A DNA stretch of 51,812 bases from an uncultured bacterium (GTDB taxonomy: Bacteria > Patescibacteriota > Minisyncoccia > Phycocordibacterales > UBA9973): NCBI GenBank assembly GCA_903904195.1, contig CAIVBM010000045.1:1-51812 (forward strand). Reading direction: 5' to 3'. Within the stretch, counting starts at the first letter, position 1. Each line of letters starts with the position of its first letter. Under the pieces are notes generated by a model, which had not been told where the DNA came from, searched no databases, and saw only the letters and a program-made list of their open reading frames with translations. The translations under genes were made by a program, and so were the position numbers. This document shows positions 17,965-27,223 of the stretch, piece after piece.

Positions 17965-18462
17965 TTACATCATTTTAATTTCACTTTTTTCATCAGGAAT
18001 CTCGACTATAACACATTCAAGCAATCTTTCTCCATTTTCTGAAAAAACAATTCTACCTTTAAATTTCTTACCTTCTATAATAAATGGCATAAATTTTTCA
18101 TCCCCAATTATCATTTCATGATATGGAATTTTATTTATATCAAATTCTTTAGGTTCCCCCATCTCTTCTGATTCTTTTGGTTTACCTGAAAATTCATCAA
18201 CTCTATACATATACACTTTCATATTCCGTTCTCCTTTGCCTTCAAATTCAAAATCAACAAAGCCTAATTCTTTACACTTCTCTAATTCAATAACAACTCC
18301 ACATTCTTCTTTAATTTCACGCACCAGACATTCTATTTTAGTTTCATTTTCTTCCACCACACCTCCATATCCATTCCACTTATCAACGCCAAACTTGCGC
18401 TTCTTTTTTGCGAGAATTATTTTCCCATTTTTAAATAAAAAACCCAAAGTACAAAGTATCAT
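17965..18462 (-). CDS. NUDIX hydrolase
   Basis: 165 aa with Nudix box GGVVEENETKIECLVREIKEECGV. Confidence 0.85.
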   Translation of the reverse strand: MILCTLGFLFKNGKIILAKKKRKFGVDKWNGYGGVVEENETKIECLVREIKEECGVVIELEKCKELGFVDFEFEGKGERNMKVYMYRVDEFSGKPKESEEMGEPKEFDINKIPYHEMIIGDEKFMPFIIEGKKFKGRIVFSENGERLLECVIVEIPDEKSEIKMM

Positions 18463-19775
18463 TAATTTATTTTCTCTTTAATGTAATTTCGTAAATCAGC
18501 TACTTTTACTCTTTCCTGTTTACCCGTATCTCTGTCGCGAACGGTCACAGAATTGTCGGTCAATGTATCAAAATCTACCACGATACAAAATGGTGTTCCT
18601 ATCTCATCTTGCCTACGATAGCGCTTGCCGATATTACCGTTATCATCCCATGCCACACGGCCAAATTCAGCTTTTAAAGGAGCGTAGACCTTTGTATTCG
18701 CATATTCTACAAGTTCTGGCTTATTCTTTAACAAAGGAGAAACAGCACATATTACAGGCGCGATAGATGGCTTAAATTTTAAGAATGAACGCACTTCACC
18801 TTCCTTTTCGTCTTCAGCATAAGCTGAAAGGAGTATTGCGAGAACTGCACGATCTACACCAAAAGTCGGCTCTATCACATGAGGTGTTATCTTTTTGCTT
18901 TCCTCTTCGTCCACATAATCTAATTCATGATTCTTTAAATCAAAATCCGTTCTATAAGCAATACCAAAAAGTTCTTTTTTACCAAAAGGAAAATCAAATT
19001 CAAAATCTACTGTCCGGCTGGAATAATGAGCTCTGTCTTCTTTTGGAACTTCAAGCTCATGAACTTTTGCCATATCTATCCCGACTTCTTCCATCCACTC
19101 CAACATTTCATCTTTCCAATATTCAAAATATTTTTCCCAATCTCCCTCCCTTGTAAAATATTCAATCTCCATTTGTTCAAACTCACGAGCCCTAAAAAGA
19201 AAGTCTCGTGGAGTTATCTCATTTCTAAATGCTTTTCCTATCTGCGCCATACCAAAAGGAAGCCTAGGATGGAAAGCATCAACAGTATTTTTAAAATTCA
19301 CAAACATACCTTGTGCAGTTTCTGGACGCAAATATGAAGTAGCGCTAGAATCATCTGATGCACCGACTTTGGTGGCAAACATCATGTTGAATTTCATAAC
19401 AGCACCTAATTTACCTCCGCAATCAGCGCATTTCTTGGTATCTTCAAGCTGGTCCGCGCGGAATTTCTTCTTGCATTTATCGCATTCCACCATCGGGTCC
19501 GCGAAACCAGCCACGTGTCCAGACTTTTGCCAGACTTCTTGGCGCATCAAAATCGCAGCATCAACTCCATACATATCACGGCGTCCATCCACAAACCTCT
19601 TCCACCAAGCTTGTTTGATATTATTCTTTAAAGCTACTCCAAAATGACCCCAGTCAAAAGTCCCCGCTAATCCCCCATAAATCTCAGAGCCTTGGAAAAT
19701 AAATCCGCGTCTCTTGCAAAGAGACACTATTTTCTCCATTAAATTATTCTCTTCTGTATTTTTTTCTTTTTTCAT
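18462..19775 (-). CDS. glyQS: Glycine--tRNA ligase (homodimeric class II type)
   Basis: 437 aa. Has IVSLCKRRGFIFQGSEIYGGLAGTFDWGHFG, FRNEITPR, and a C-terminal anticodon-binding region NGNIGKRYRRQDEIGTPFCIVVD. Confidence 0.93.
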   Translation of the reverse strand: MKKEKNTEENNLMEKIVSLCKRRGFIFQGSEIYGGLAGTFDWGHFGVALKNNIKQAWWKRFVDGRRDMYGVDAAILMRQEVWQKSGHVAGFADPMVECDKCKKKFRADQLEDTKKCADCGGKLGAVMKFNMMFATKVGASDDSSATSYLRPETAQGMFVNFKNTVDAFHPRLPFGMAQIGKAFRNEITPRDFLFRAREFEQMEIEYFTREGDWEKYFEYWKDEMLEWMEEVGIDMAKVHELEVPKEDRAHYSSRTVDFEFDFPFGKKELFGIAYRTDFDLKNHELDYVDEEESKKITPHVIEPTFGVDRAVLAILLSAYAEDEKEGEVRSFLKFKPSIAPVICAVSPLLKNKPELVEYANTKVYAPLKAEFGRVAWDDNGNIGKRYRRQDEIGTPFCIVVDFDTLTDNSVTVRDRDTGKQERVKVADLRNYIKEKIN

Positions 19776-19788
19776 ATTATTTTTATAT

Positions 19789-21738
19789 TTATTCCGTTAC
19801 ATTACCCCCACCTGCTGGAAATGATGTATCACTATCTAATTGTAAACGTAAAGATGGCTTTGTAGACCCTATATCCACATTAGCAAAATCATCGTGTCCG
19901 GTCAAAACTGCACCATTTATTATAATTGGTGTGGTATTAACCTGAGAAAGTGAAGGAGTAAACATAACTTGAAAAGAAACACTGCGAGGAACACCTGTAA
20001 TACCTGCCCCTTTTTGAATTTGCCCAACATTCCAAGTTATTTCTTGAGTAGAAGGGTTAAAAGTCAGATCCTCTGTAGAAGGAGAAACAGTACCCACAAA
20101 ACTCATCCAAGAAGGGATGGAAGAACTAACAACAGCTTTTGAAATATTGTTTGCGGTATTAGAAAGAGACCAAACTACTGTATAAGAAGTTTGTTGCCCA
20201 ACCTTTGGAGGAATGGGGCCGACATTTGCAAATGGTCCAGAATAATAAAGCGCTTTAGTGGTAAAACCAACATCAGAAATAATCCTAACAATTGCTGAAT
20301 CAGTATTGGTCAAATCAGTAGTGTCGTATCCGGAGACTGATTGTTTGCCAGATATAGAAACATCTATATTTACAAAAGGATCAGAAAGCATACCGTTTGT
20401 AGAAGAAAATAAAGGAAGCGAGGAAAGACTAAAACTTACAGAACCAGAGTCACCAGGATTTATTTCACTAAATTCACTCTTGGAACTTTTATCCCAAGTT
20501 ATCATATTAGTGCCTGAATTATAAAAACCCTCTGGAGCATTTATCGTTTTTCTATCAACCGTATTTCCAGAAATCGTCGCCTTAATCTGCAAATCTTCAA
20601 CTTTTGTATCAAGATTGTTTACCCAATTAATCTCTCCTTGAATTGGAGTCTTTGTATTTGTGGCATATTGCGTTTGAGTTACTCCATTTATAGAAATATT
20701 AGCTTCAATAAAAGGTTTCTTTATTGTCACAGAATGTGAAAGAGAATTAAAGACAACATCTATCATGGATTTGTCGGTACTGGATTGTGAGCCACTGGAT
20801 ATGTGAAAACTTTTTTCTTCTCCATCAGAAACACCAACTAATTTACCAGTTACAGAGATATCATGTTCAGCTCCGGGGGCTAAATCACCCAAGCTCCAGA
20901 CATTGTTACCAATAGATGGACGAGGTGTAGATGATATAAATTGAAAACCTGTAGGATAATCAAACTTGAGAAGTATTTTTGAGACAGGCTCTGTGGCATT
21001 TAGTGTGGCCTTTACATTGAAAGTAATATTCTGATTTGGACTTGCAGTATCTGGTGCATCAGCAGAAAGATTTAGAGGTGTAGAATTTATAGTCACTTCA
21101 TAAAGTTTGTCTTTAACGAAAATTGCATTTGAACCCTCTACTCTGTATTCAATAGAAATTTTAAGAGGAATCACGCTTCCCTGTTCTCCAAAAAGAGTCA
21201 CTTTTAGATTTTCATTACGCACAGTTCCAGCAGGAATAGTGCCGAGCGACACTCGAGTGCTCTCTACTTCATTTGATGAACTAGCATCTCCAGTTGATCC
21301 ATTTTTAGGATACTGCATAACCAAATCAGCTAGGTCTAAAGCAGAACTATTTTTATTTGTAATTCCAACAACGAGAGAAAGTGGCTCACCACCAGCAGTG
21401 AAATTGTTTCCAAGAATTGAAATATCAATGTTATCATTTGAAACATTATTGCTTCCGGCAAAAAATACATAAGAACCATAGAGAAGCGCTAAAATGAAAA
21501 AAATTGAAGAGAAAATAAAAAAACTTCTAAAAATAGGCGTTCTCATAAAGAAATTATTTTGATCAAAAGAAGGATCATTCCAAATATTTTTACTTTTTTC
21601 CCATCCATCCGGAATATCCACCTTCTTGATATGAGAAAATCCATCTCTATGCTCTATCTTTGTTTGATAATTCTTGCTAAAAAGCTTGCTTTTGAGTTCT
21701 TCTATTCTGTTTAATTTATCCCCATCATTTAATGGCAT
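19789..21738 (-). CDS. Large single-pass membrane protein with beta-rich extracellular region, hypothetical
   Basis: 649 aa. A cytoplasmic N-terminus, TM helix FFIFSSIFFILALLYGSYVFFAG, then about 550 aa of Ser/Thr/Asn-rich sequence. No catalytic motif recognised. Confidence 0.75.
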   Translation of the reverse strand: MPLNDGDKLNRIEELKSKLFSKNYQTKIEHRDGFSHIKKVDIPDGWEKSKNIWNDPSFDQNNFFMRTPIFRSFFIFSSIFFILALLYGSYVFFAGSNNVSNDNIDISILGNNFTAGGEPLSLVVGITNKNSSALDLADLVMQYPKNGSTGDASSSNEVESTRVSLGTIPAGTVRNENLKVTLFGEQGSVIPLKISIEYRVEGSNAIFVKDKLYEVTINSTPLNLSADAPDTASPNQNITFNVKATLNATEPVSKILLKFDYPTGFQFISSTPRPSIGNNVWSLGDLAPGAEHDISVTGKLVGVSDGEEKSFHISSGSQSSTDKSMIDVVFNSLSHSVTIKKPFIEANISINGVTQTQYATNTKTPIQGEINWVNNLDTKVEDLQIKATISGNTVDRKTINAPEGFYNSGTNMITWDKSSKSEFSEINPGDSGSVSFSLSSLPLFSSTNGMLSDPFVNIDVSISGKQSVSGYDTTDLTNTDSAIVRIISDVGFTTKALYYSGPFANVGPIPPKVGQQTSYTVVWSLSNTANNISKAVVSSSIPSWMSFVGTVSPSTEDLTFNPSTQEITWNVGQIQKGAGITGVPRSVSFQVMFTPSLSQVNTTPIIINGAVLTGHDDFANVDIGSTKPSLRLQLDSDTSFPAGGGNVTE

Positions 21739-21757
21739 CTTGAAATTATAGCATATT

Positions 21758-22354
21758 TTACAAGTGTGTCTCTTTTAAGGCTTTGTTTATATGATGCAAA
21801 ACCTTTGTTCTGTCTTTTGAAACTTCAAATACTAGGTTTTCTTCAAATGGAGACTTGGTAAGATTTTGTAATATTTCATTTTCCCCTATATATCCAAGGT
21901 TATTTAATATTCGCAAAACAATAATAGCCTCTATGTTGAGCAATTCCCCACTGATTTCAGCCTCTTTTGTTTGAGCTTTTTCTAAAATATTTAGACCATT
22001 AAGCAAGTCAATAAAAAGTGTTTCATTTGGCTCTACGCCAGCAAGTAAACGTTTTAATAGTCGCGCGATGTTTGAAAAAACAGCAAAAGTTCCTTTATCT
22101 TTTACCAACTGTTCAAGCTTATTTGTCTTTGACGCATTTGTAAGTCTAAAAATATTTTTACCCTGTACAAGGTCCAGTTTGATATAAGCAAAATCCTGCA
22201 AAACATAACGAAGCTTTGAAGACATCTTTCTCACACCTTGTGCACTGGCGGTAATCATCCCCAAATCACGAGTGAAAATATGAAAATGTTTTCCAGCTTC
22301 CCCATAGCTCCGACTACTTAATATTATTCCTTCTGTGTGATAAATGTGATGCAT
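21758..22354 (-). CDS. recO: DNA repair protein RecO (short form)
   Basis: 198 aa. N-terminal OB-fold pattern HTEGIILSSRSYGEAGKHFHIFTRDLGMITASAQGVRK resembles RecO. Assigned by pattern only. Confidence 0.65.
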   Translation of the reverse strand: MHHIYHTEGIILSSRSYGEAGKHFHIFTRDLGMITASAQGVRKMSSKLRYVLQDFAYIKLDLVQGKNIFRLTNASKTNKLEQLVKDKGTFAVFSNIARLLKRLLAGVEPNETLFIDLLNGLNILEKAQTKEAEISGELLNIEAIIVLRILNNLGYIGENEILQNLTKSPFEENLVFEVSKDRTKVLHHINKALKETHL

Positions 22355-22993
22355 TTAAAATTCTTCTTCTTTATTTTCTTCAAAATTTTTAAAAATAATT
22401 CCTACCTTGCTCAAAAATAATTCTGGAACCTTATAAAAACCACCAAAGTTTTTTAACATACCATCATGCACAGGAAAACAAAATTTTGGTTTTATTTTGA
22501 GTGCATATTTTGTAGCACTTCTAATATTGGCCCACGGACCAGCGACGGGTAAAGCCAAAATTTCAACCGGTTTTTTAGGATTATAAAAAGAATCTCCAGG
22601 ATAAAAAAATCTTTTATCTATAAAAAAAGCAGTGTTTTGAACCTGTAAATAATCTTTATAAATTTCTTCATGTTTGCAATCATGAGCCTCAATCTCTATA
22701 CCTAAAATCTTTTCTGCAACTTTATCATTTAAAACTTGATATTTGATTCCTGCTTCGTTTAATAACTTTCCTACCCCATTATTTGTAACTATTTTTGCGT
22801 CTGGATTATTTGCTAAAACTTTTTTCAAAGATTCAATATGTAAATGATCTCCGTGCTCATGAGTAATTAAAATTAAATCAATATTTTTTTCTTTTATTTG
22901 CTCTTCTACAGTATAAAAACCCGGATCAGTCATTATTTTTCTTCCGTTTGTCTCTATTATCAAACAACAATGACCCAATTTCTTTATTTTCAT
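22355..22993 (-). CDS. MBL-fold metallo-hydrolase
   Basis: 212 aa with LILITHEHGDHL (HxHxDH). Confidence 0.85.
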   Translation of the reverse strand: MKIKKLGHCCLIIETNGRKIMTDPGFYTVEEQIKEKNIDLILITHEHGDHLHIESLKKVLANNPDAKIVTNNGVGKLLNEAGIKYQVLNDKVAEKILGIEIEAHDCKHEEIYKDYLQVQNTAFFIDKRFFYPGDSFYNPKKPVEILALPVAGPWANIRSATKYALKIKPKFCFPVHDGMLKNFGGFYKVPELFLSKVGIIFKNFEENKEEEF

Positions 22994-23026
22994 CTCTCTA
23001 TTTTATCACAAAATTTCTTCCTATTT

Positions 23027-26000
23027 TTATCTTTCAATTTTCACTTTAAATATCAAACTATCTATCTTTACTTCTGACCCATCATTTACTTTTAATTCTA
23101 TTTTTGAAGCAAGCGCAGTTTTTTTCATTTCAGATTCAAATTTTTGAATTAATTTCTTACCCGCATCATTAGTTTCAAACACAAGCGAGATAACATCACT
23201 AGGAGTCAATCCCATTTTCTTTCTCATATCCTGAATTGCGCGTAAAAGTTCACGATAATCCCCTTCTTGTTTTAATTCTGGAGTAATCTCTATATTAAGA
23301 TTTATCTCTGTTTCAAGATTTTTATTTTGTACTATTTCTTTTACGTTTAATTCATCTCTTATAAGCTCAATAAATTCTTTATCTAAGTTAAAATCTTTAA
23401 TTTCGAGTTTAGAAAGTGGTTGACGAACTTTCATGTTTGCTTTCTGACGAGCTTCGAGTCCCAGAGTAACCACCTCGCGAACTATTTTCATTTCTTTAAC
23501 AACTTCAGCATTTATTCTCTTTCCACTTGGCCATTGTGCTAGGTGCACACTTTCAACGTCATTTTCATTTTTCAATTTAAGCCATATATCTTCTGCTGTA
23601 AATGGAGAAAATGGAGCAAGTACTTTAGAAAGAGTCTTTAATACAAAATACAAAGTTACCTTTGCATCTTTATCACCATCCTTTATCCTCTCACGTGAAC
23701 GACGTAAATACCAAGTAGAAAGGTCACCAATAAAATCTCTCATTCCTCGCACCGGTTCAAGTAATTTATAACTATCAAGATTTTCTGTAGAAAGTTTTAC
23801 TAATTCTTCTAGTCTTGCCAAAATCCATTTATCAAGAATATTTTCAGACTTCACTTCATTATTTTTTTCTAAATCTTTATCTCTGTAGAGTTCATAGAAC
23901 GCAAGAACGTTGTAAAGCAAGCTAAAAATTTGCTGATGAAGTAACATAACTGTCTTCTCATCAAAATTCTTTGACTCTCCAGGCTGATTCACAGAATACA
24001 TCCACATACGAAGAGTATCCACGCCATACTTTTCCATCATTATCCATGGATCTACAACATTGCCTAGGGATTTTGACATCTTCTTCCCTTTCGCATCCAA
24101 CAAGTGACCAAGACAAATCACATTCTTGTAAGCTTTTCCACGTCCCATTAAAATTCCAATAGCATGCAGAGTATAAAACCAACCACGAGTCTGGTCTATC
24201 GCCTCACAAATAAAATCCGCTGGGTAGCCCTTGCCTTCTATCCATTTTCTATTCTCAAAAGGATAATGGTCCTGCGCAAATGGCATCGCTCCAGAATCCA
24301 ACCAGACATCCATGACTTCTTTTGTGCGTGTAAGTTTACCTCCACAGCTACAAAATAAAGAAACTTCATCAATATATGGCTTGTGTAAATCAAGCTCATA
24401 ATTTTCATTGTGAGGAATAGGGACAAAATCAAGTTTCTTAATTTCTGCGTTTTTTAAATAACCGGATTTAAATGAAGGACTTTTTAATTGTTCAAAAGTT
24501 AGACCATCAATGATAAATTTTAATGCTGCATATACTTCACAGTGCGAAACAATCAGGATGTTTTTATTTTCATACTTATTTTCAAGTTCATTTATAAAAT
24601 CACCTGCTCTTTTAATAATGTTCGCAAAATTTTCTCCGTCCGCGAATTTTCTAAGCGGATTATTAAAGAAATCCCCATCAAAACAAACCATTACATCTTT
24701 AACTTTTTTCCCATCAAATTCAGAACTTATATCCCATCCACCAATTTTGTCGTCAAAAATAATTTCATCCGAAGAAAATCCTAAAATCTTTGAGGCTATG
24801 GCTGATGTTTCCCTACCACGTTTAAATGGAGAAGAGATTATGATGTCGGGTTTTATTTTGAAAGAATTAATGGCAGTTTTAACTTCTTTTTTTCCTTTTT
24901 CCGTAAGAGAAGAATTTACGCTCGCCTTTTTATTCCAATCTGCATTTTCGTCTGTGACATTGTTGTCCGCCTGACCATGCCTCATTATAAAATATTTATT
25001 CCCAGACTTTTTGGTTTTCTCTTTCAGCTCCGAAATGCTTCCGATGACATCTACTTCCTTACAAGAATCGCAAATCCAGACTGGTAGCGGAGTTCCCCAA
25101 TATCGTTCTCGCGAAATCGCCCAATCTTTTATCTCTTTGAGCCATTCGCCGAAACGCCCTTCCTTTATATGAGCCGGCTCCCAATTTATTTTTTTGTTCT
25201 CGCTGATTAATTGCTTTTTTATTTTCGGTTCCGACATCCTGATATACCAAGAATCTCGCGCGTAATAGATGAGCGCGGTGTGGCAACGCCAGCAATGCGG
25301 ATACGAGTGCTGATAATTTTCTTTTTTAAAGAATAAATTTTTGTCTGTAAGATATTTTATAATATCAACGTCCAAAGTGGGCTTGCCGTCTTTGTCTTTT
25401 TCTTTTACAAATCGTCCTTCAAGAAATCCCGTGCCTTTTATGAATTTCCCTTCCAGATTCACCAGATGATGTTTCGGCAAACCAACCTTTGTTCCCAACA
25501 CGAAATCGTCTTGTCCATACATCACGGCAGTGTGCACGACACCTGTGCCGTCTTCCGTAGTCACAAAATCCGCGCCGTAAACTTTGTATGCTTTCTCCAT
25601 TTTTGATTTCTCCTTTTCTGAAATGGTTTCTGCCATATATGGGAAAAGCGGTTCGTATTCCAAGCCAATCAAATCTTTACCTTTCATTTCCTCGACAATT
25701 TCATACGGCTCGGTGATTACTGACAGCCTTGCCTTTGCGAGAATAAAAAATTCATTACCAGTTTTTATTTTTACATATTCTATTTTTTCTCCAACAGCTA
25801 AGGCGACATTTCCCGGCAATGTCCACGGCGTCGTCGTCCAAGCGAGAATATAAGTGTTGGCAAGAATGTGCTTTTGTCGGGGTGTCTCGCAGGCTGACGA
25901 GCCGAGAGGCAGCGCTCCGGAAGCATCCGGAGACAGCGACCCCGCAGAAGCAGCATTCTTGCTGACACTTACCTTAAACTTCACGTAAACCGACAAATCT

Positions 26001-26629
26001 TTCACGTCTTCGTACCCCTGCGCGAGCTCATGCGAGGAGAGAGCCGTTCCGCACCTCGGGCACCAAGGCACGACTTTGTAATCTTTGTATAATAATTTCT
26101 GCTCGTTTACGGTTTTTAAAACATTCCAAACGGATTCAATATAATCATTGTGATAAGTCACATACGGATTCTCCTGATCCACCCAATATCCGATACGCTT
26201 GGTGAATTTATTCCAGATATCCAAATATTCCCAGACGGACTCTTTGCATTCTTGATTAAATTTAGCGATGCCGTATTCTTCAATCGCTTTTTTGGAATTC
26301 AAGCCGAGCTTTTTCTCCACTTGGAGCTCCACAGGCAAGCCATGCGTGTCCCATCCGCCCTTTCGGCGCACATGAAAACCTTGCATCGTCTTGTATCGCG
26401 GAATTACGTCCTTGAAAGCTCGCGCCTCCAAGTGATGTATCCCCGGCTTGCCATTTGCCGTCGGCGGACCTTCGTAAAAAATATATTCCTTTTTCCTTGC
26501 CCGTCCTTTGGCGTGGCCCTCCGTCTGCTCCAGAGACTTTTCAAAAACTTTTTTTTCCTTCCAAAACTCCAAAACCCGCTCTTCGCGTAAAGCGGCATCG
26601 GATTTGAGATTTTTTTCTTTTTCAGCCAT
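23027..26629 (-). CDS. ileS: Isoleucine--tRNA ligase with an inserted histidine-phosphatase (PGAM-like) domain
   Basis: 1200 aa. Has PPTANGKPGIHH (HIGH), WTTTPWTLPGN (editing domain), KMSKSLGN (KMSKS) and the zinc knuckles WICDSC and CSCGG. A roughly 200-aa block carrying RHGQ...SSPFKRGRETS...VSHCE lies between the knuckles. Confidence 0.95.
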   Translation of the reverse strand: MAEKEKNLKSDAALREERVLEFWKEKKVFEKSLEQTEGHAKGRARKKEYIFYEGPPTANGKPGIHHLEARAFKDVIPRYKTMQGFHVRRKGGWDTHGLPVELQVEKKLGLNSKKAIEEYGIAKFNQECKESVWEYLDIWNKFTKRIGYWVDQENPYVTYHNDYIESVWNVLKTVNEQKLLYKDYKVVPWCPRCGTALSSHELAQGYEDVKDLSVYVKFKVSVSKNAASAGSLSPDASGALPLGSSACETPRQKHILANTYILAWTTTPWTLPGNVALAVGEKIEYVKIKTGNEFFILAKARLSVITEPYEIVEEMKGKDLIGLEYEPLFPYMAETISEKEKSKMEKAYKVYGADFVTTEDGTGVVHTAVMYGQDDFVLGTKVGLPKHHLVNLEGKFIKGTGFLEGRFVKEKDKDGKPTLDVDIIKYLTDKNLFFKKENYQHSYPHCWRCHTALIYYARDSWYIRMSEPKIKKQLISENKKINWEPAHIKEGRFGEWLKEIKDWAISRERYWGTPLPVWICDSCKEVDVIGSISELKEKTKKSGNKYFIMRHGQADNNVTDENADWNKKASVNSSLTEKGKKEVKTAINSFKIKPDIIISSPFKRGRETSAIASKILGFSSDEIIFDDKIGGWDISSEFDGKKVKDVMVCFDGDFFNNPLRKFADGENFANIIKRAGDFINELENKYENKNILIVSHCEVYAALKFIIDGLTFEQLKSPSFKSGYLKNAEIKKLDFVPIPHNENYELDLHKPYIDEVSLFCSCGGKLTRTKEVMDVWLDSGAMPFAQDHYPFENRKWIEGKGYPADFICEAIDQTRGWFYTLHAIGILMGRGKAYKNVICLGHLLDAKGKKMSKSLGNVVDPWIMMEKYGVDTLRMWMYSVNQPGESKNFDEKTVMLLHQQIFSLLYNVLAFYELYRDKDLEKNNEVKSENILDKWILARLEELVKLSTENLDSYKLLEPVRGMRDFIGDLSTWYLRRSRERIKDGDKDAKVTLYFVLKTLSKVLAPFSPFTAEDIWLKLKNENDVESVHLAQWPSGKRINAEVVKEMKIVREVVTLGLEARQKANMKVRQPLSKLEIKDFNLDKEFIELIRDELNVKEIVQNKNLETEINLNIEITPELKQEGDYRELLRAIQDMRKKMGLTPSDVISLVFETNDAGKKLIQKFESEMKKTALASKIELKVNDGSEVKIDSLIFKVKIER
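25876..25955. repeat. GC-rich in-frame insertion inside ileS, related to repeat family C
   Basis: gtcggggtgtctcgcaggctgacgagccgagaggcagcgctccggaagcatccggagacagcgaccccgcag. It shares the 17-mer aggctgacgagccgaga with 1319-1335 and contains the hairpin ctccgg-aagcat-ccggag. Translated as SAGSLSPDASGALPLGSSACETP. Confidence 0.5.
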
Positions 26630-26674
26630 TATTTGCTGATTTTAGCATAGAATCTATATTTTGACACCTAATAC

Positions 26675-26709
26675 TGAAAGCGGGCTCCGGACAAAAGTCC
26701 GAAGCCCGC
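26675..26709 (-). terminator. Terminator hairpin after the GC-rich 126-aa ORF
   Basis: On the minus strand gcgggcttcggac-tttt-gtccggagcccgc (13-bp stem with one mismatch or wobble) is followed by tttcag. Confidence 0.55.
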
Positions 26710-26722
26710 ACCGCAAGATACA

Positions 26723-27103
26723 TCACCCGCTTCCGCAACAAAACCGAATGGATCGAACCAACTCATCTATATTTCCAGGCACGATTCTGTCCGTAATGAT
26801 CGTCCGATATCGGTCAGGCTTCATATCAACCCGCGACCCGACCAAACGAATTCCGCTTTCGGTCTTCGGACGGACAAAATCCCGAACGAAATCCATTCCG
26901 CCTCGGCTCTTCAGCCAAAAATAGACAGGATCTGGATCTTCGGATTCTATCAACACCTGACACTTCAAGAACACTCGGCAGACCAGAGTCAGGTCACGAA
27001 ATGAGGCAAACCACGTCGGCGGACTTATCAGCTGGTCTTGTATCAGAAGTTTCGGCTCGTGGGTGGAAAGAACTAACTGACTGGTGGGCATTAAGTTATA
27101 CAT
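26723..27103 (-). CDS. Hypothetical protein in a GC-rich island
   Basis: 126 aa. Preceded by a canonical AAGGAG 6 nt upstream of the ATG, which the neighbouring housekeeping genes lack. Visibly higher GC than its surroundings. No family recognised. Confidence 0.6.
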   Translation of the reverse strand: MYNLMPTSQLVLSTHEPKLLIQDQLISPPTWFASFRDLTLVCRVFLKCQVLIESEDPDPVYFWLKSRGGMDFVRDFVRPKTESGIRLVGSRVDMKPDRYRTIITDRIVPGNIDELVRSIRFCCGSG

Positions 27104-27185
27104 TGTCGTCTCCTTGGTTGCTTATTCCCGTTTAGGCGTTTGTTGCTTCTTCGTTTTTGAATACTAGACTTAATCGCTAAAAATG

Positions 27186-27217
27186 CAAGGAGCCTAGCAA
27201 GGACGGTCCTTGCTAGC
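27186..27217 (-). terminator. Hairpin downstream of argS
   Basis: ctagcaaggac-g-gtccttgctag palindrome directly after the argS stop. There is no clean T-run, so function is uncertain. Confidence 0.35.
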
Positions 27218-27223
27218 TCACTT

